Origin: a virus
Lineage: Duplodnaviria > Caudoviricetes
Direction: 5' to 3' (one strand)
IMG/VR virus record: IMGVR_UViG_3300045526_000235
Coordinates: 15,772 to 79,771 of that record
DNA length: 64,000 nucleotides
Shown here in pieces: positions 16,481 through 25,819 of the stretch. Positions within the stretch are counted from its first letter, which is position 1. Each line of letters starts with the position of its first letter. The notes under the pieces are model-generated. The model worked only from the letters and a program-made list of their open reading frames with translations. It searched no databases and was not told the origin of the DNA. Position numbers and translations under genes: made by a program.

Positions 16481-16695
16481 GAAGGAATAGGAGAGGGAAT
16501 TAGCTTGTACAGAGCCGTGTTATAAACAGCTTTTTTATGATGGTGATAATCTCTGCTTTGTTCCATTGCTTCTCTTAAATCAGTGAACAATAGTTCAACG
16601 GCATCATCGTCAAAATATTCTTCCATTGCATTAATGAGCCGCTCACGACGTTGCTTTTGATAGTCGTAGTCAATTTTCATTGTTGCGTTAGTCAT
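16477..16695 (-). CDS. Hypothetical protein
   Basis: 72-aa ORF with overlapping start/stop codons. Confidence 0.65.
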   Translation of the reverse strand: MTNATMKIDYDYQKQRRERLINAMEEYFDDDAVELLFTDLREAMEQSRDYHHHKKAVYNTALYKLIPSPIPS

Positions 16696-17027
16696 TTGAT
16701 TTCTCCGGCACTCATTGCTTTTGCGTAGGCAAACAAATATTCTTCCAGATCGGCACCAGTGGGTGCGCTAGCAACAAAATCTTCATGCTGTCGTTTATGA
16801 ATGTGCAATGCTGCCTTTAATGTGCAAATGATGCGCTGCAGGCCATCACGTTGAATGTAATTAGGCTCCTCATCGTAAGCCTTTTCAAGAGTTTGAACAA
16901 ACTCCCGCACTTCAGGAACAGACAGATGCCATTGAACGACTGGTTTGCCAGCAGTCATGATCATTTCATCGTGATCATTGAAAGCTGATATGGGATCAGT
17001 TGGAAGAATGCGAGTGAATTGCGCCAT
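16692..17027 (-). CDS. Hypothetical protein
   Basis: 111-aa ORF, ACC-ATG start, promoter-like TTGACC upstream at 17089-17094. Confidence 0.65.
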   Translation of the reverse strand: MAQFTRILPTDPISAFNDHDEMIMTAGKPVVQWHLSVPEVREFVQTLEKAYDEEPNYIQRDGLQRIICTLKAALHIHKRQHEDFVASAPTGADLEEYLFAYAKAMSAGEIK

Positions 17028-17116
17028 GGTTTAAAAAGCAAAGGACAGGCTCTCGCCTGTCCTGCACTATCAACCATTTCCCGGCCAGGGTCAACGATTG
17101 TTAACGTTTCGTAACA

Positions 17117-17509
17117 TTACCGCCGCAGGGCTCGCAGGGCTTTGTTGGCGTTCTTGTCCATCTTTAGCGGCTTCTCTCGCCACTTGACGGCCATGCAGTG
17201 GCAATGGCCCATAGGCTCCAGCACAGCGTGCCTGTAAGCCCTGTCCAGCAGAATTTGGTAGGCCTGCCGCTTGATCTTCGTCAATGGCTCTACAGGCTCT
17301 TCTAGGCCAGTCCTGGCGAAGTCGGCAATTTCCGTGATGTCGTCCAAATCGTCAGTGGTGATGACGAAATGACGACCACGATGACGAGCCTTTTTCCATG
17401 CAGGATGCACGGGAGGCTCTTCTGCTGCTAATGCTTTTGCTTCCTCTTCAAGATGTGGAGGAATGCAGATGCTCACCAAAGGAGGAAGAAAATTCAATTG
17501 TCCTTCCAT
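17117..17509 (-). CDS. Hypothetical protein
   Basis: 130-aa ORF in the minus-strand operon. Confidence 0.65.
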   Translation of the reverse strand: MEGQLNFLPPLVSICIPPHLEEEAKALAAEEPPVHPAWKKARHRGRHFVITTDDLDDITEIADFARTGLEEPVEPLTKIKRQAYQILLDRAYRHAVLEPMGHCHCMAVKWREKPLKMDKNANKALRALRR

Positions 17510-17675
17510 GGGGAAGAGTAGAAACGGAAAACGCGCTTACCAAGCGTAAGCTTACTTTCACCAAAGGCGTGATAAAAAGCATCACCCATGTAGCCATTAC
17601 GCCATGCAAAGCAAAAACTCCCAACGCGCATATGACCAGTGATGTCAGTGCAATGGAAAGAAAAGCGGAATGGCA

Positions 17676-17843
17676 TCAATCTAGAGAAGGTTCAGGGAGT
17701 GGCTTGATCTCCTCGATCAAAGCCACTTTTGCATCGGGGCGAATGCTTGCTAGAAAATGTTCAGCTTGCTTGGGAGAAATGGCGCCCAGCGCAATAACTT
17801 TACCATCAGCAAGAGTGATGCGAAATGTACGACAAGGAGTCAT
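17676..17843 (-). CDS. Small hypothetical protein (55 aa)
   Basis: MTPCRTFRITLADGKVIALGAISPKQAE...; its ATG overlaps the stop of 17840-18331. Confidence 0.5.
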   Translation of the reverse strand: MTPCRTFRITLADGKVIALGAISPKQAEHFLASIRPDAKVALIEEIKPLPEPSLD

Positions 17844-18331
17844 GATTGCAAGTCTTCTTCTATATTCTCCAAGATAAATTGGCTGAGGGTTTCATTGAGC
17901 ATTTGCTTCCAAGATTGACTGCCACCAAAGCTTTTAATTTCAGCAAGAAGATGCAATGCGTCGGAAATACGAGTGGCGTCCATAATTGCTGATGCTCCAA
18001 AGGCAAGATCATCGTTAGCAAAGTGCTCTTCTGACATTCCAACGTGCAGTTCAAACCACTTTCCTAGGGCAAACAGCGCCACCTGTCGGTAAGCTTCATC
18101 ACCATGCGCCTCCAGAAGCCCGTCAATTGTCTTGGCTAGGGCAGGAGGCACGCCTACAGTGCCATGCTCGTTGAGATGGGGCGTGATGCTCTCAGACACT
18201 GCCTGCAGCCGTTCTGCCTTGGCTGACTGAGCAGCCCGCAGGAAGTCGCCAACAGTGGAGAAATCGGAAAATTGATCCAACGAAGAAAAATGCAACACGT
18301 TTAGCTTGGCCACCGCAGGTGGCCTTGTCAA
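17840..18331 (-). CDS. Hypothetical protein
   Basis: 163-aa ORF overlapping its neighbours by 4 nt. Confidence 0.65.
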   Translation of the reverse strand: MTRPPAVAKLNVLHFSSLDQFSDFSTVGDFLRAAQSAKAERLQAVSESITPHLNEHGTVGVPPALAKTIDGLLEAHGDEAYRQVALFALGKWFELHVGMSEEHFANDDLAFGASAIMDATRISDALHLLAEIKSFGGSQSWKQMLNETLSQFILENIEEDLQS

Positions 18332-19077
18332 TAGTCGTCCTCATTAATTGTTCGTAAAGGAATGGTATCGGGCAATGGTTCCTGCTCTGGCTCTTCGTCG
18401 AAACTAATAGTTGTAGCAATGGCAGGCAGCGAATTATCTCGGCGTTCGTCAGTCGCTTTAGCTTGCTTTTCTTTTTCAATGGTGGATGAAAGATCCTGCA
18501 GGAATTTCCTATAGGACGTATCTTGCGTTTCCACTGGTTTCACTTCATTAAGGCCTAATAGTTTCGCTTGCTCAACCAAGCTATTCTTCGCCACATTTAG
18601 GAACGATGCATCACCAGCGCTTTCTTCCATCTTTACAATTTCTTTCTCTTCACCATCACCTCCCATGATGGTCACTGTTTTCTTGCGCTTGCTCTTTTCA
18701 AAACTATCTAGAGCTAGTTCCTTTAAGTCCATTTGCTCCTTTAGGAGCCTGGCTCGATGTGTGTCCTGGTTCTTGAGAATTTCTTCCGTATAAAGCAAAC
18801 GATTGAACTTCCTGTCGCAATTGACTGTTTCCTTGCTTAACTTAAGGACGTTCGCAATCTGACGATTGCTCAATGATGCTGCCAATAATTCTTGCACCAT
18901 CCATCGCCGAAGACCAAGCATTTCCTTGCTATAGCCAGCAGCACCAGTTCCACCATTCACTTTCATCTCGCGAATGGTTTCAAACTGATGCTCTGTGATG
19001 CCAGCTTTCTTTAGCGCTTTTCGTGCATATTCTTGTTCTTCCTCTGGTGAATTGAATTCAATTTCAGGACGTGCCAT
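18328..19077 (-). CDS. HTH-containing protein (possibly terminase-small-subunit-like)
   Basis: LSNRQIANVLKLSKETV helix-turn-helix, coiled coil and acidic tail. Confidence 0.55.
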   Translation of the reverse strand: MARPEIEFNSPEEEQEYARKALKKAGITEHQFETIREMKVNGGTGAAGYSKEMLGLRRWMVQELLAASLSNRQIANVLKLSKETVNCDRKFNRLLYTEEILKNQDTHRARLLKEQMDLKELALDSFEKSKRKKTVTIMGGDGEEKEIVKMEESAGDASFLNVAKNSLVEQAKLLGLNEVKPVETQDTSYRKFLQDLSSTIEKEKQAKATDERRDNSLPAIATTISFDEEPEQEPLPDTIPLRTINEDDY

Positions 19078-19091
19078 GCAACATAGACTAA

Positions 19092-19259
19092 CTATGCTCG
19101 CATTGTATCTCCTTTCCCGTGGAGAGTACGAACAAATAGTTCAGTGAAGCGTTCCATTTTGGAGGCCACGACAGTGGCCGGAGAATCGTCTATAGCAGCT
19201 TTCAATATGCAAAGCTCTTTCCATTCTTCCTCAGTGAGGGTTCCATTGAGAGAGTTCAT
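19092..19259 (-). CDS. Small hypothetical protein (55 aa)
   Basis: MNSLNGTLTEEEWKELCILKAAID...MERFTELFVRTL; fills the operon gap. Confidence 0.5.
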   Translation of the reverse strand: MNSLNGTLTEEEWKELCILKAAIDDSPATVVASKMERFTELFVRTLHGKGDTMRA

Positions 19260-19401
19260 AGTTCAACAATGCAATGGCATGAAAAATTCCAGCAAGAAGA
19301 GCGGTGCTTTAGGCACCGCTCGCCCAAGCCACTTTAATCTCATGACGACGAATGGCTTCATCAATAAGACGAGCAAGCCTATCGTCGTCTGATTCAGCCA
19401 T
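19231..19401 (-). pseudogene. Small membrane-protein ORF interrupted by an in-frame TAA
   Basis: MAESDDDRLARLIDEAIRRHEIKVAWASGA*STALLAGIFHAIALLN...; the hydrophobic helix continues across the stop at 19309-19311. Confidence 0.35.
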
Positions 19402-19404
19402 GCA

Positions 19405-19659
19405 TCAATGATACTGCCAAAACACGCGCTCCATCAAATCGTCAAATTCATTTAAGCGTTTTGGGCAATACTTTGTAATAAAGCTTTCAAGCTCCTTATG
19501 CACGCTGTCCATGATCTCTGCATAGGCAGCGTTCAAACCATCAGGATGCATTTCCTCGTTGGTCTCACGCTCATACGCCAATGCCATGCAGCTTTTCGGA
19601 GAGTCGCAATACTCATGCATCTTCACAAACCTCCTCTTCGATGGCGAAACCAGTGTCAA
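19405..19659 (-). CDS. Hypothetical protein
   Basis: 84-aa ORF in the operon; the true start may be an internal ATG. Confidence 0.55.
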   Translation of the reverse strand: MTLVSPSKRRFVKMHEYCDSPKSCMALAYERETNEEMHPDGLNAAYAEIMDSVHKELESFITKYCPKRLNEFDDLMERVFWQYH

Positions 19660-19855
19660 TCAAATGCTCAATTTCACTTAAGCTAGAACGCCAATGGCGT
19701 TCTCCATTTTGATCACGAGCTCCATAGAGAGTACGGGCCGCTGGTTGCGGCCCTTTTTTAGGCGTTGAGAAACCGTAATGAACCACTGGCAAGATTTCTA
19801 CGCCATTGTGGACAATCAGCGGCAAGTGATCTACTGCCTTAGGAGGATTCAGCAT
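19613..19855 (-). CDS. Hypothetical protein
   Basis: 80-aa ORF. Confidence 0.6.
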   Translation of the reverse strand: MLNPPKAVDHLPLIVHNGVEILPVVHYGFSTPKKGPQPAARTLYGARDQNGERHWRSSLSEIEHLIDTGFAIEEEVCEDA

Positions 19856-19921
19856 TGTTCAGGAAATTCCTAGGCAATATTAGGCCCTTTTTTATTGATT
19901 TCAGGCTAGTTAGGCCTTTTC

Positions 19922-20062
19922 ATCTTGATCGTTCCGCCCTTTGGGGCTCCACTCTGGCTTAATCGGCCTGCGGAGGGAGTTTGGTTCTCATCTAGCCTTG
20001 TTCTTTTTAGGGAATTTTGGTCTGATGATCGTCTCACTCCGCCCCTTTGGGGGGCTCCGTTT
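19922..20062. repeat. Second locus of the GGAGCCCC-AAA-GGGCGGAAC hairpin motif
   Basis: Minus-strand copies at 19931-19953 and 20036-20061; the first is 22/23 identical to 3490-3512. Confidence 0.75.
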
Positions 20063-20191
20063 GCTCTGGCTGACCAGGAAGCGGAGGCTTGGTAGGTCCA
20101 GCGCTGGATTTTGGGTGCGCTCGGGACTTTCCGTGACCAGTCTACCCCACGCCGCCAAATTCCTTAAGCGATGGGACAGTTGGCTAATTGG

Positions 20192-20344
20192 TCACCAGCC
20201 GAATCCAGTGCCAGAAGGGGGCTGATACTGCGTTTCCTCTGTATCCTCCTCGGCCTCCGCAGCCTCCGCAACCTCCGGCTCCAGGGCTTCTACAACGGGA
20301 AACTGATCAAACGCATAACCGTTGTCTTCCCAGATGATTTTCAT
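20192..20344 (-). CDS. Small acidic hypothetical protein (50 aa)
   Basis: MKIIWEDNGYAFDQFPVVEALEPEVAEAAEAEEDTEE...GFGW. Confidence 0.4.
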   Translation of the reverse strand: MKIIWEDNGYAFDQFPVVEALEPEVAEAAEAEEDTEETQYQPPSGTGFGW

Positions 20345-20465
20345 AATTAAAAAGCGCACCGTGTTAACGATGCGCGAAAGATTGTTCTTATACTTTAATC
20401 AGTCACCCGCTGTGGTAGGTGACGGGGAGGCTGTGCAATAGAGCCTCCCTTCTATTGCGAGAAGG

Positions 20466-22463
20466 TTAAAACCAATCGTCTTCGTCTTCCTTTTCAGGAA
20501 GACTTTCTATGGTGACGGGCATGCGCTCTTCTTTTTCAGCCGTTTCCTGAAAATCCAGCTCTGGCTCTTGATAGTTCCAGCTTTGATACAGTCTCGTCCG
20601 CTCACCATTGGGACCAACAATAAAGCTACTGTCAACCAGTCCCTGACGACGCGCCACTTCAAGCAGTCGTCCGACAGGCACACTATCCCATGATCCAGTG
20701 GCAGCAGCCGCTTGACGGCGATCAAAACGCTCGTGCTTGCGCGTGTTGACCATATTGACTAAACTATCCAGCGCTTCATTGCCACCAGCCACTGGCCCCT
20801 TATACCACCAGCCATAAGTGGAAGGATCACGCTGCAGGAAATGCTTCCCAGTGAGACCACTACGGCTCTTCGTCCATTCAAACATGAACTGTGTGGAATC
20901 AGGATTATTGTCAGTGCGATAGAGTTTCACCACTTCACTGACATTGGCTTCAAAGCTAGAGCTATCGCGAATACCGCCGCTTTTGTTTAAGTGGTGGAGG
21001 ATGACGATGGAGCAACCATATTGATTGGCAATATCACGCAGTTCGTAAATACAATTACCAGCATCAGAACGAATGAGGTCTACTTCCATGCCAGCAAGGC
21101 ATGACGTGAGACTGTCGATCATGATGAGTTGAGGACGATACCGCTTCACATAGGAAAGAAGCTGGGGGATGTTATTAAAACGCCAGCGGTCGATAAAACC
21201 AATAGTGTCAGGCGCGAGATCGTCGTCGTCGTAGCCAATGATTTGCAGCTTTTCCGCTGCATCAACCACTGGCTCATCACATTGAATGATCAATACCTTC
21301 CCTTGTTTGCAGCGTCGATTGCTCCAATCTTTGCCAGTTGCAACGTGCAGCGCCCAGTTATAGAGCAACGTTGATTTACCACTGCCTGGTGCTGCAGCCA
21401 GAAGCATGACGCTGCTTTCAGGCAGAATGCCGGCAATTGTCCATTTACGAGAATCTTCAGACTGTGCAATGCTTTTTGCATCGAGGATTTCCATTTCCTC
21501 GCGACCATGCACTCGTCCGCGAGCTTCAGCTAAAAGCTTTTCCGTTTCTTGAGCATTGAGCTTGATGCCATGGCTTTCCATCCATTGGCGAGCTTCAAAC
21601 ACAATGCGAGCATCGTTGCCATAAAGGCCAACCATGCGCTCAAACGTTGAGATGATTTCTTCAAACGATGGAAGACCATCCTTCCCTTCGTGCCTGTCTT
21701 TAGAAACAATGGATGCAAGAATGATTTCTTGGTCCGCACCATCTTCCAGCCAATCGGACAGGTCGTAGCCGCCATTCTGCGGCAAGCTTTCCCATTCAAA
21801 GCTAGACGGTTCCGCGTAGCACCACTGTGCTCCGGGATTGTCCATCGCCACTTCTTTCATGAGAGCCACGCCGGGCTCATCACGATCAGGACAGAGGACT
21901 AATTTCTCCCCGCGAAACAGAAGAGAATAGTCTCCGTTCGCACGATATTGTCCACTTCCTCCAAGAAACGTGACGGAAGGAAGGCCTTCTTCCCATAGTT
22001 TGTCGCAGGTGAGTTCGCCTTCTACGACAAAAATAGGCAGTCCAGTTGTGGCTGATGCTTCAATGGCATCTTTATATCGATATGGAAGAATATTGGTGCG
22101 TATCTCATCGATAAATGCTTTACGTTGTGCAGTTTCCTTGGGAACAGTTGGATATGTTTGACGGATGTTTTTCTTGCCAGACGAATCGTCCCTGACAACG
22201 TTGATAACCGTCTGCCCATCTCGGTTTTGGTAGCCAAATGTATAAGCACGAGCCTCGCGCATAGGGCGTTCCCAGCGTTCTAGCGGAGCAAGAATGTTGC
22301 GAATCTCAGTGCGATGTTTGGCTGATGGATCGTTGAAACAGTTATAAGCACCGTTCTCCTCGTTTACTGAGAAATCATTGCCATTACATGCTGGGCAAAT
22401 ATATTTTCCTGCGTGTTCGCTTTTTTCAAGCTTTGTCAGGTGGTCAAGGATAGAAAAAGCCAT
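20466..22463 (-). CDS. Primase-helicase (Zn-binding + TOPRIM + AAA_25/RepA-type helicase)
   Basis: CPAC zinc site, VVEGE and DRD TOPRIM motifs, Walker A AAPGSGKST, IMIDSL Walker B and LHHLNK. Confidence 0.88.
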   Translation of the reverse strand: MAFSILDHLTKLEKSEHAGKYICPACNGNDFSVNEENGAYNCFNDPSAKHRTEIRNILAPLERWERPMREARAYTFGYQNRDGQTVINVVRDDSSGKKNIRQTYPTVPKETAQRKAFIDEIRTNILPYRYKDAIEASATTGLPIFVVEGELTCDKLWEEGLPSVTFLGGSGQYRANGDYSLLFRGEKLVLCPDRDEPGVALMKEVAMDNPGAQWCYAEPSSFEWESLPQNGGYDLSDWLEDGADQEIILASIVSKDRHEGKDGLPSFEEIISTFERMVGLYGNDARIVFEARQWMESHGIKLNAQETEKLLAEARGRVHGREEMEILDAKSIAQSEDSRKWTIAGILPESSVMLLAAAPGSGKSTLLYNWALHVATGKDWSNRRCKQGKVLIIQCDEPVVDAAEKLQIIGYDDDDLAPDTIGFIDRWRFNNIPQLLSYVKRYRPQLIMIDSLTSCLAGMEVDLIRSDAGNCIYELRDIANQYGCSIVILHHLNKSGGIRDSSSFEANVSEVVKLYRTDNNPDSTQFMFEWTKSRSGLTGKHFLQRDPSTYGWWYKGPVAGGNEALDSLVNMVNTRKHERFDRRQAAAATGSWDSVPVGRLLEVARRQGLVDSSFIVGPNGERTRLYQSWNYQEPELDFQETAEKEERMPVTIESLPEKEDEDDWF

Positions 22464-22604
22464 GGGCAAAGCAAAGTCCAAGTGGTTCTAGCAAGAAAAC
22501 CAGCGTTCGACCATGGTCTCGCAAGACTTAACGTCCTTTTAAGGAAACCTGCTTGCCATCCTGGCTATGACGGCTATGGTGGCTATGTTCAGACCCTGTT
22601 GCCT

Positions 22605-22850
22605 ATGCCCTCTGACTACGGCGAGCCTAAAAAAAGCCGCCATTTCACGCTCACTGACACTTGCTACAAGCATCTGGGCAACATTGCCCATGAAGCGCGT
22701 CAAAGCTTAAGCGAAACAGTAGAGCGCCTCATTCGTTCCACCCCCACTTGGGAGGGCACTGCCACATTGTCTGATGGTGCGTTTTCAATGGTGGAGGATT
22801 ACGCCATTTCCAACGTCACCATCGAGGACTATGAAGGTTTCAGAGCTTAA
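22605..22850 (+). CDS. Ribbon-helix-helix-like DNA-binding protein
   Basis: KSRHFTLTDTCYKHL..IA...SLSETVERLIR pattern; divergent from the primase gene. Confidence 0.5.
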   Translation: MPSDYGEPKKSRHFTLTDTCYKHLGNIAHEARQSLSETVERLIRSTPTWEGTATLSDGAFSMVEDYAISNVTIEDYEGFRA

Positions 22851-23085
22851 GCTCGCCTGCGAAAAGTTTCTCCTCTCTCATCCTGACACTGAAGTGAAGA
22901 TGATTTGGGAGCAGGGAGTTTTTGATGAAGGTTACAACCCTTCCTGCATGGAGGAAGTAACTGATGCAAGAATTATTGCAGATTGGCCGCTTCCTGGTGA
23001 AAGCTTAGTATTCCCCAATGAAGATCCCGGCATGATGTTCGTCATCATGTATGGCGAATATCAACCATACGCGGTTCGCAAATAG
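22831..23085 (+). CDS. Hypothetical protein
   Basis: MKVSELKLACEK..., 84 aa. Confidence 0.55.
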   Translation: MKVSELKLACEKFLLSHPDTEVKMIWEQGVFDEGYNPSCMEEVTDARIIADWPLPGESLVFPNEDPGMMFVIMYGEYQPYAVRK

Positions 23086-23088
23086 CGA

Positions 23089-24024
23089 ATGAGCCACACC
23101 ACTTTCCTTTATTCTCCCTCCGACTTTTCTGGCATGGAAGATCCGACAAAACAAGCATTACTGGATCGCTACAACGGCATCTTTTCTCCTTTGGAAATCA
23201 GCGCTGAGGCATTCCGCGCTGCATACGACACGCCTGACATTGGCCCCCACATTGAGAAGGACTACAAGGGTCTGTCCTATCTGTCCTGGCCTTTTGCATT
23301 CCGCTATCTAAAGGAACATTTCCCGACGCTCTTTGTGGCGTTTGAAGAGAAGACCATTGGCTGGCCCGTATTTGGTGAGCCTGGTGCATACATTCTTCGC
23401 CCGTACCTTACGGACGGTGTTCGTCGCACTCCTGCTCTGGTCTTTCCAGTGATGGACAGGAAGCACAATTCCATCAAGGAACTAGACGGTCGTTCAATTA
23501 GCGACAACATTCAACGCGCAAGCGTTAAGTGCATCGCCACGTTCACTGGTCTTGGTCTTCGTCTCTATGCAGGCGAAGATATTCCCAAGGAAGATGAAAA
23601 AGCCCCATCCAAACTCCCGCTCCAGCAGGAAGCTCCGAAGCAAGCTACGCGGACAACGACGAAACCAGCACCAGCTAAAGAAACTCCTGCTGATACTGGA
23701 GCAAAGGAACCTGCTCCCTTCGATGCAAAAGCAGCCTTGACTGAATTGTGCAAGGCAAATCCTCTTAGCTATGAGGATGAAAAGAAAAGCATGGCGGCAG
23801 GCAAAGCAGCGCTTCAATCCATTGGTCTTTCCTACGCCACGGAAGTGAAGAGCTGGGAACAGTTTGGCAATGTCGTTCAAGCCATGACCACCATCTGGGC
23901 TAAAGAGCAGGGGCTTGTGACCACAAAGAGCGACATGCGAGCTGAGCTTGACACCATCTGCGCTGCTAAAGACGTGGCTGGGCTCATTGCAAACATGCAA
24001 GCGTTTGTCGCAAAAAAGCAATAG
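23089..24024 (+). CDS. Sak3/DUF1071-like single-strand annealing protein
   Basis: KGLSYLSWPFAF and IQRASVKCIATFTGLGLRLYAGEDIP motifs; located upstream of exonuclease and SSB. Confidence 0.75.
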   Translation: MSHTTFLYSPSDFSGMEDPTKQALLDRYNGIFSPLEISAEAFRAAYDTPDIGPHIEKDYKGLSYLSWPFAFRYLKEHFPTLFVAFEEKTIGWPVFGEPGAYILRPYLTDGVRRTPALVFPVMDRKHNSIKELDGRSISDNIQRASVKCIATFTGLGLRLYAGEDIPKEDEKAPSKLPLQQEAPKQATRTTTKPAPAKETPADTGAKEPAPFDAKAALTELCKANPLSYEDEKKSMAAGKAALQSIGLSYATEVKSWEQFGNVVQAMTTIWAKEQGLVTTKSDMRAELDTICAAKDVAGLIANMQAFVAKKQ

Positions 24025-24212
24025 ACCTAGCAGCGGCCCGTTTACAACGGGCCTTTGCTGGATCCCTATGCATTGATGAAGATGGTCTTCCACTCACTGA
24101 TCTTCCTCCCTCCTTATTTGGCGAATGATCCGCTGGGCCTGTTTCTACTAATGACGCTGGCCGCTACAACGTTTGCTCTCATTGTCCTTTTCATTTGCAG
24201 CAGAATTCTTCC

Positions 24213-24407
24213 ATGAGCAGTTGGACTATTTCTTATCGCGAGGGTTCCACTCGCTTTGATTATTCTTTTGAGAATATTTATGCGCCAGAAGTGATGGAAC
24301 ATTTTAAGCAGTGCATGCTTGCTGCTGGTTTCATGGAAGATTCAATTACTACTTCCATGGAAGATTTAATTCAAGACTTGCGTCGCCATGAGCAAAATCT
24401 TGCATAA
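24213..24407 (+). CDS. Hypothetical protein
   Basis: 64-aa ORF in the plus-strand operon. Confidence 0.55.
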   Translation: MSSWTISYREGSTRFDYSFENIYAPEVMEHFKQCMLAAGFMEDSITTSMEDLIQDLRRHEQNLA

Positions 24408-24720
24408 CCATCGCTCTCTCATTGATGCCTGTCATGAAGCCTATTGGCGCTTTCCAGATGATTCGCTTAGCAGTGATCGTCGCATTGCTGCGGTGCTTGA
24501 AGCCATTGCTAACGATCCTCTTATGGATCGCTCATATCTTCATCAAATTGCCTCCAAAATTCTCATGCCTGACATTGCCATGTGCGAAGGTGGTGAATGC
24601 CCTGTCCGTGAAAATTGTTGGCGTTACATGGCGCCTGCTAGCCACTGGCAAAGCTATTTCGGCACGCCGCCATACAACGAAGAAGGTTGTGATTATTTCT
24701 GGGACATGAATGAAAAATGA
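24388..24720 (+). CDS. Hypothetical protein with C-terminal Cys-rich domain
   Basis: PDIAMC..ECPVRENCWRY...CDYF motif. Confidence 0.65.
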   Translation: MSKILHNHRSLIDACHEAYWRFPDDSLSSDRRIAAVLEAIANDPLMDRSYLHQIASKILMPDIAMCEGGECPVRENCWRYMAPASHWQSYFGTPPYNEEGCDYFWDMNEK

Positions 24721-24947
24721 AAACAAACAAGGAAGTAGTTCTTGCAAGTGAAACGCTTACGTCTGATGGGCGAATGATGGCTAAATGCCTCATGCAAGAA
24801 GATGGCGTAAGCATTGAAGGACTGTTCAATCTTTTGGGACAGCTTCAAAGTGACGTGATAGAGCTTCAACGCTCTTTGCGTGATATGGATGGCAAAATTG
24901 ATGAAGTCCAGTGTGATCTTGGATATCACATTAGGAGTCATGACTGA
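24717..24947 (+). CDS. Hypothetical coiled-coil protein
   Basis: 76-aa ORF with overlapping start/stop codons. Confidence 0.55.
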   Translation: MKTNKEVVLASETLTSDGRMMAKCLMQEDGVSIEGLFNLLGQLQSDVIELQRSLRDMDGKIDEVQCDLGYHIRSHD

Positions 24948-25749
24948 AGTGGGTTGTTACGATCTATGTCTTGCTCGCCTTTCAATGCCAGCGTTTCCCC
25001 GCTACGAACCCAATCGGCTCCAGATCAACAAGAAACGTTATTACGTCTTGAGCGATTTTCCAAATGTTCCAGAAGGGTATGTTTTGCCTTCTGTGACGAC
25101 TATTGCGAGCGCGTGTTCGCCGCCTGGCAAAATTGCAGCGCTCATGAACTGGCGCAAAAAGGTGGGTGACGAGGAGGCAAATCGCCGCACTCGTAATGCC
25201 GTAGATCGTGGCAACTGGCTGCATGGCGTTCTAGAGGATCTCTGGAATGGAGAAGACATTCAAACGCATCTTGACTCTCATGAAGCGTATGTCCCCTACT
25301 TTGAAAGCATCGTTGGTTTTCTTGAACGAGTGGATAGTCCAATGCTCGTTGAAAGTGCCATTGCCTGGTACGATCATGCCCAAGAAATTGGCTACTCGGG
25401 AACGTTCGACATGCTCGCCAAAATGAACAATGGCGAATATGCATTGCTTGATTGGAAAACTTCTTACAAGGAGAAGCCTGATACACAACTAGCCGACTAT
25501 CGCATGCAGCTTGGTGCCTACGTGCAGGCCATTGAGCAAATGTATGACGTGGAGATCAATGAAGCGCATTGCGCCATTGCTATTTACGATCCAGACACCG
25601 GCAAAGGACAGGAAGCACAAATTGTGTCCCTGTCAGCAGGAGAACTTGCCATGCAAGCTGGGATCATGATGCAGAAAACGCAACAGTTTTTCTTTGAGCA
25701 TTATCCCGGCGGTCGCCCCTTAACAATTTCTATGGACCGTGGAGCATGA
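24940..25749 (+). CDS. PD-(D/E)XK exonuclease (Cas4/RecB-like phage exonuclease)
   Basis: LPSVTTI, RGNWLH, YSGTFD, LLDWKTS and QLGAY motifs. Confidence 0.82.
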   Translation: MTEVGCYDLCLARLSMPAFPRYEPNRLQINKKRYYVLSDFPNVPEGYVLPSVTTIASACSPPGKIAALMNWRKKVGDEEANRRTRNAVDRGNWLHGVLEDLWNGEDIQTHLDSHEAYVPYFESIVGFLERVDSPMLVESAIAWYDHAQEIGYSGTFDMLAKMNNGEYALLDWKTSYKEKPDTQLADYRMQLGAYVQAIEQMYDVEINEAHCAIAIYDPDTGKGQEAQIVSLSAGELAMQAGIMMQKTQQFFFEHYPGGRPLTISMDRGA

Positions 25750-25819
25750 CTTTTTATGAATGCTCGTTAAGCTTTGTGAAGCCCATCCAGGGTCCACTCA
25801 ACTCCGCGAGGAACACTAC

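Noticed and set aside
19309-19311. Genome-wide stop-codon reassignment
   Set aside because: TAA, TAG and TGA all terminate well-supported genes normally; this interruption is isolated.
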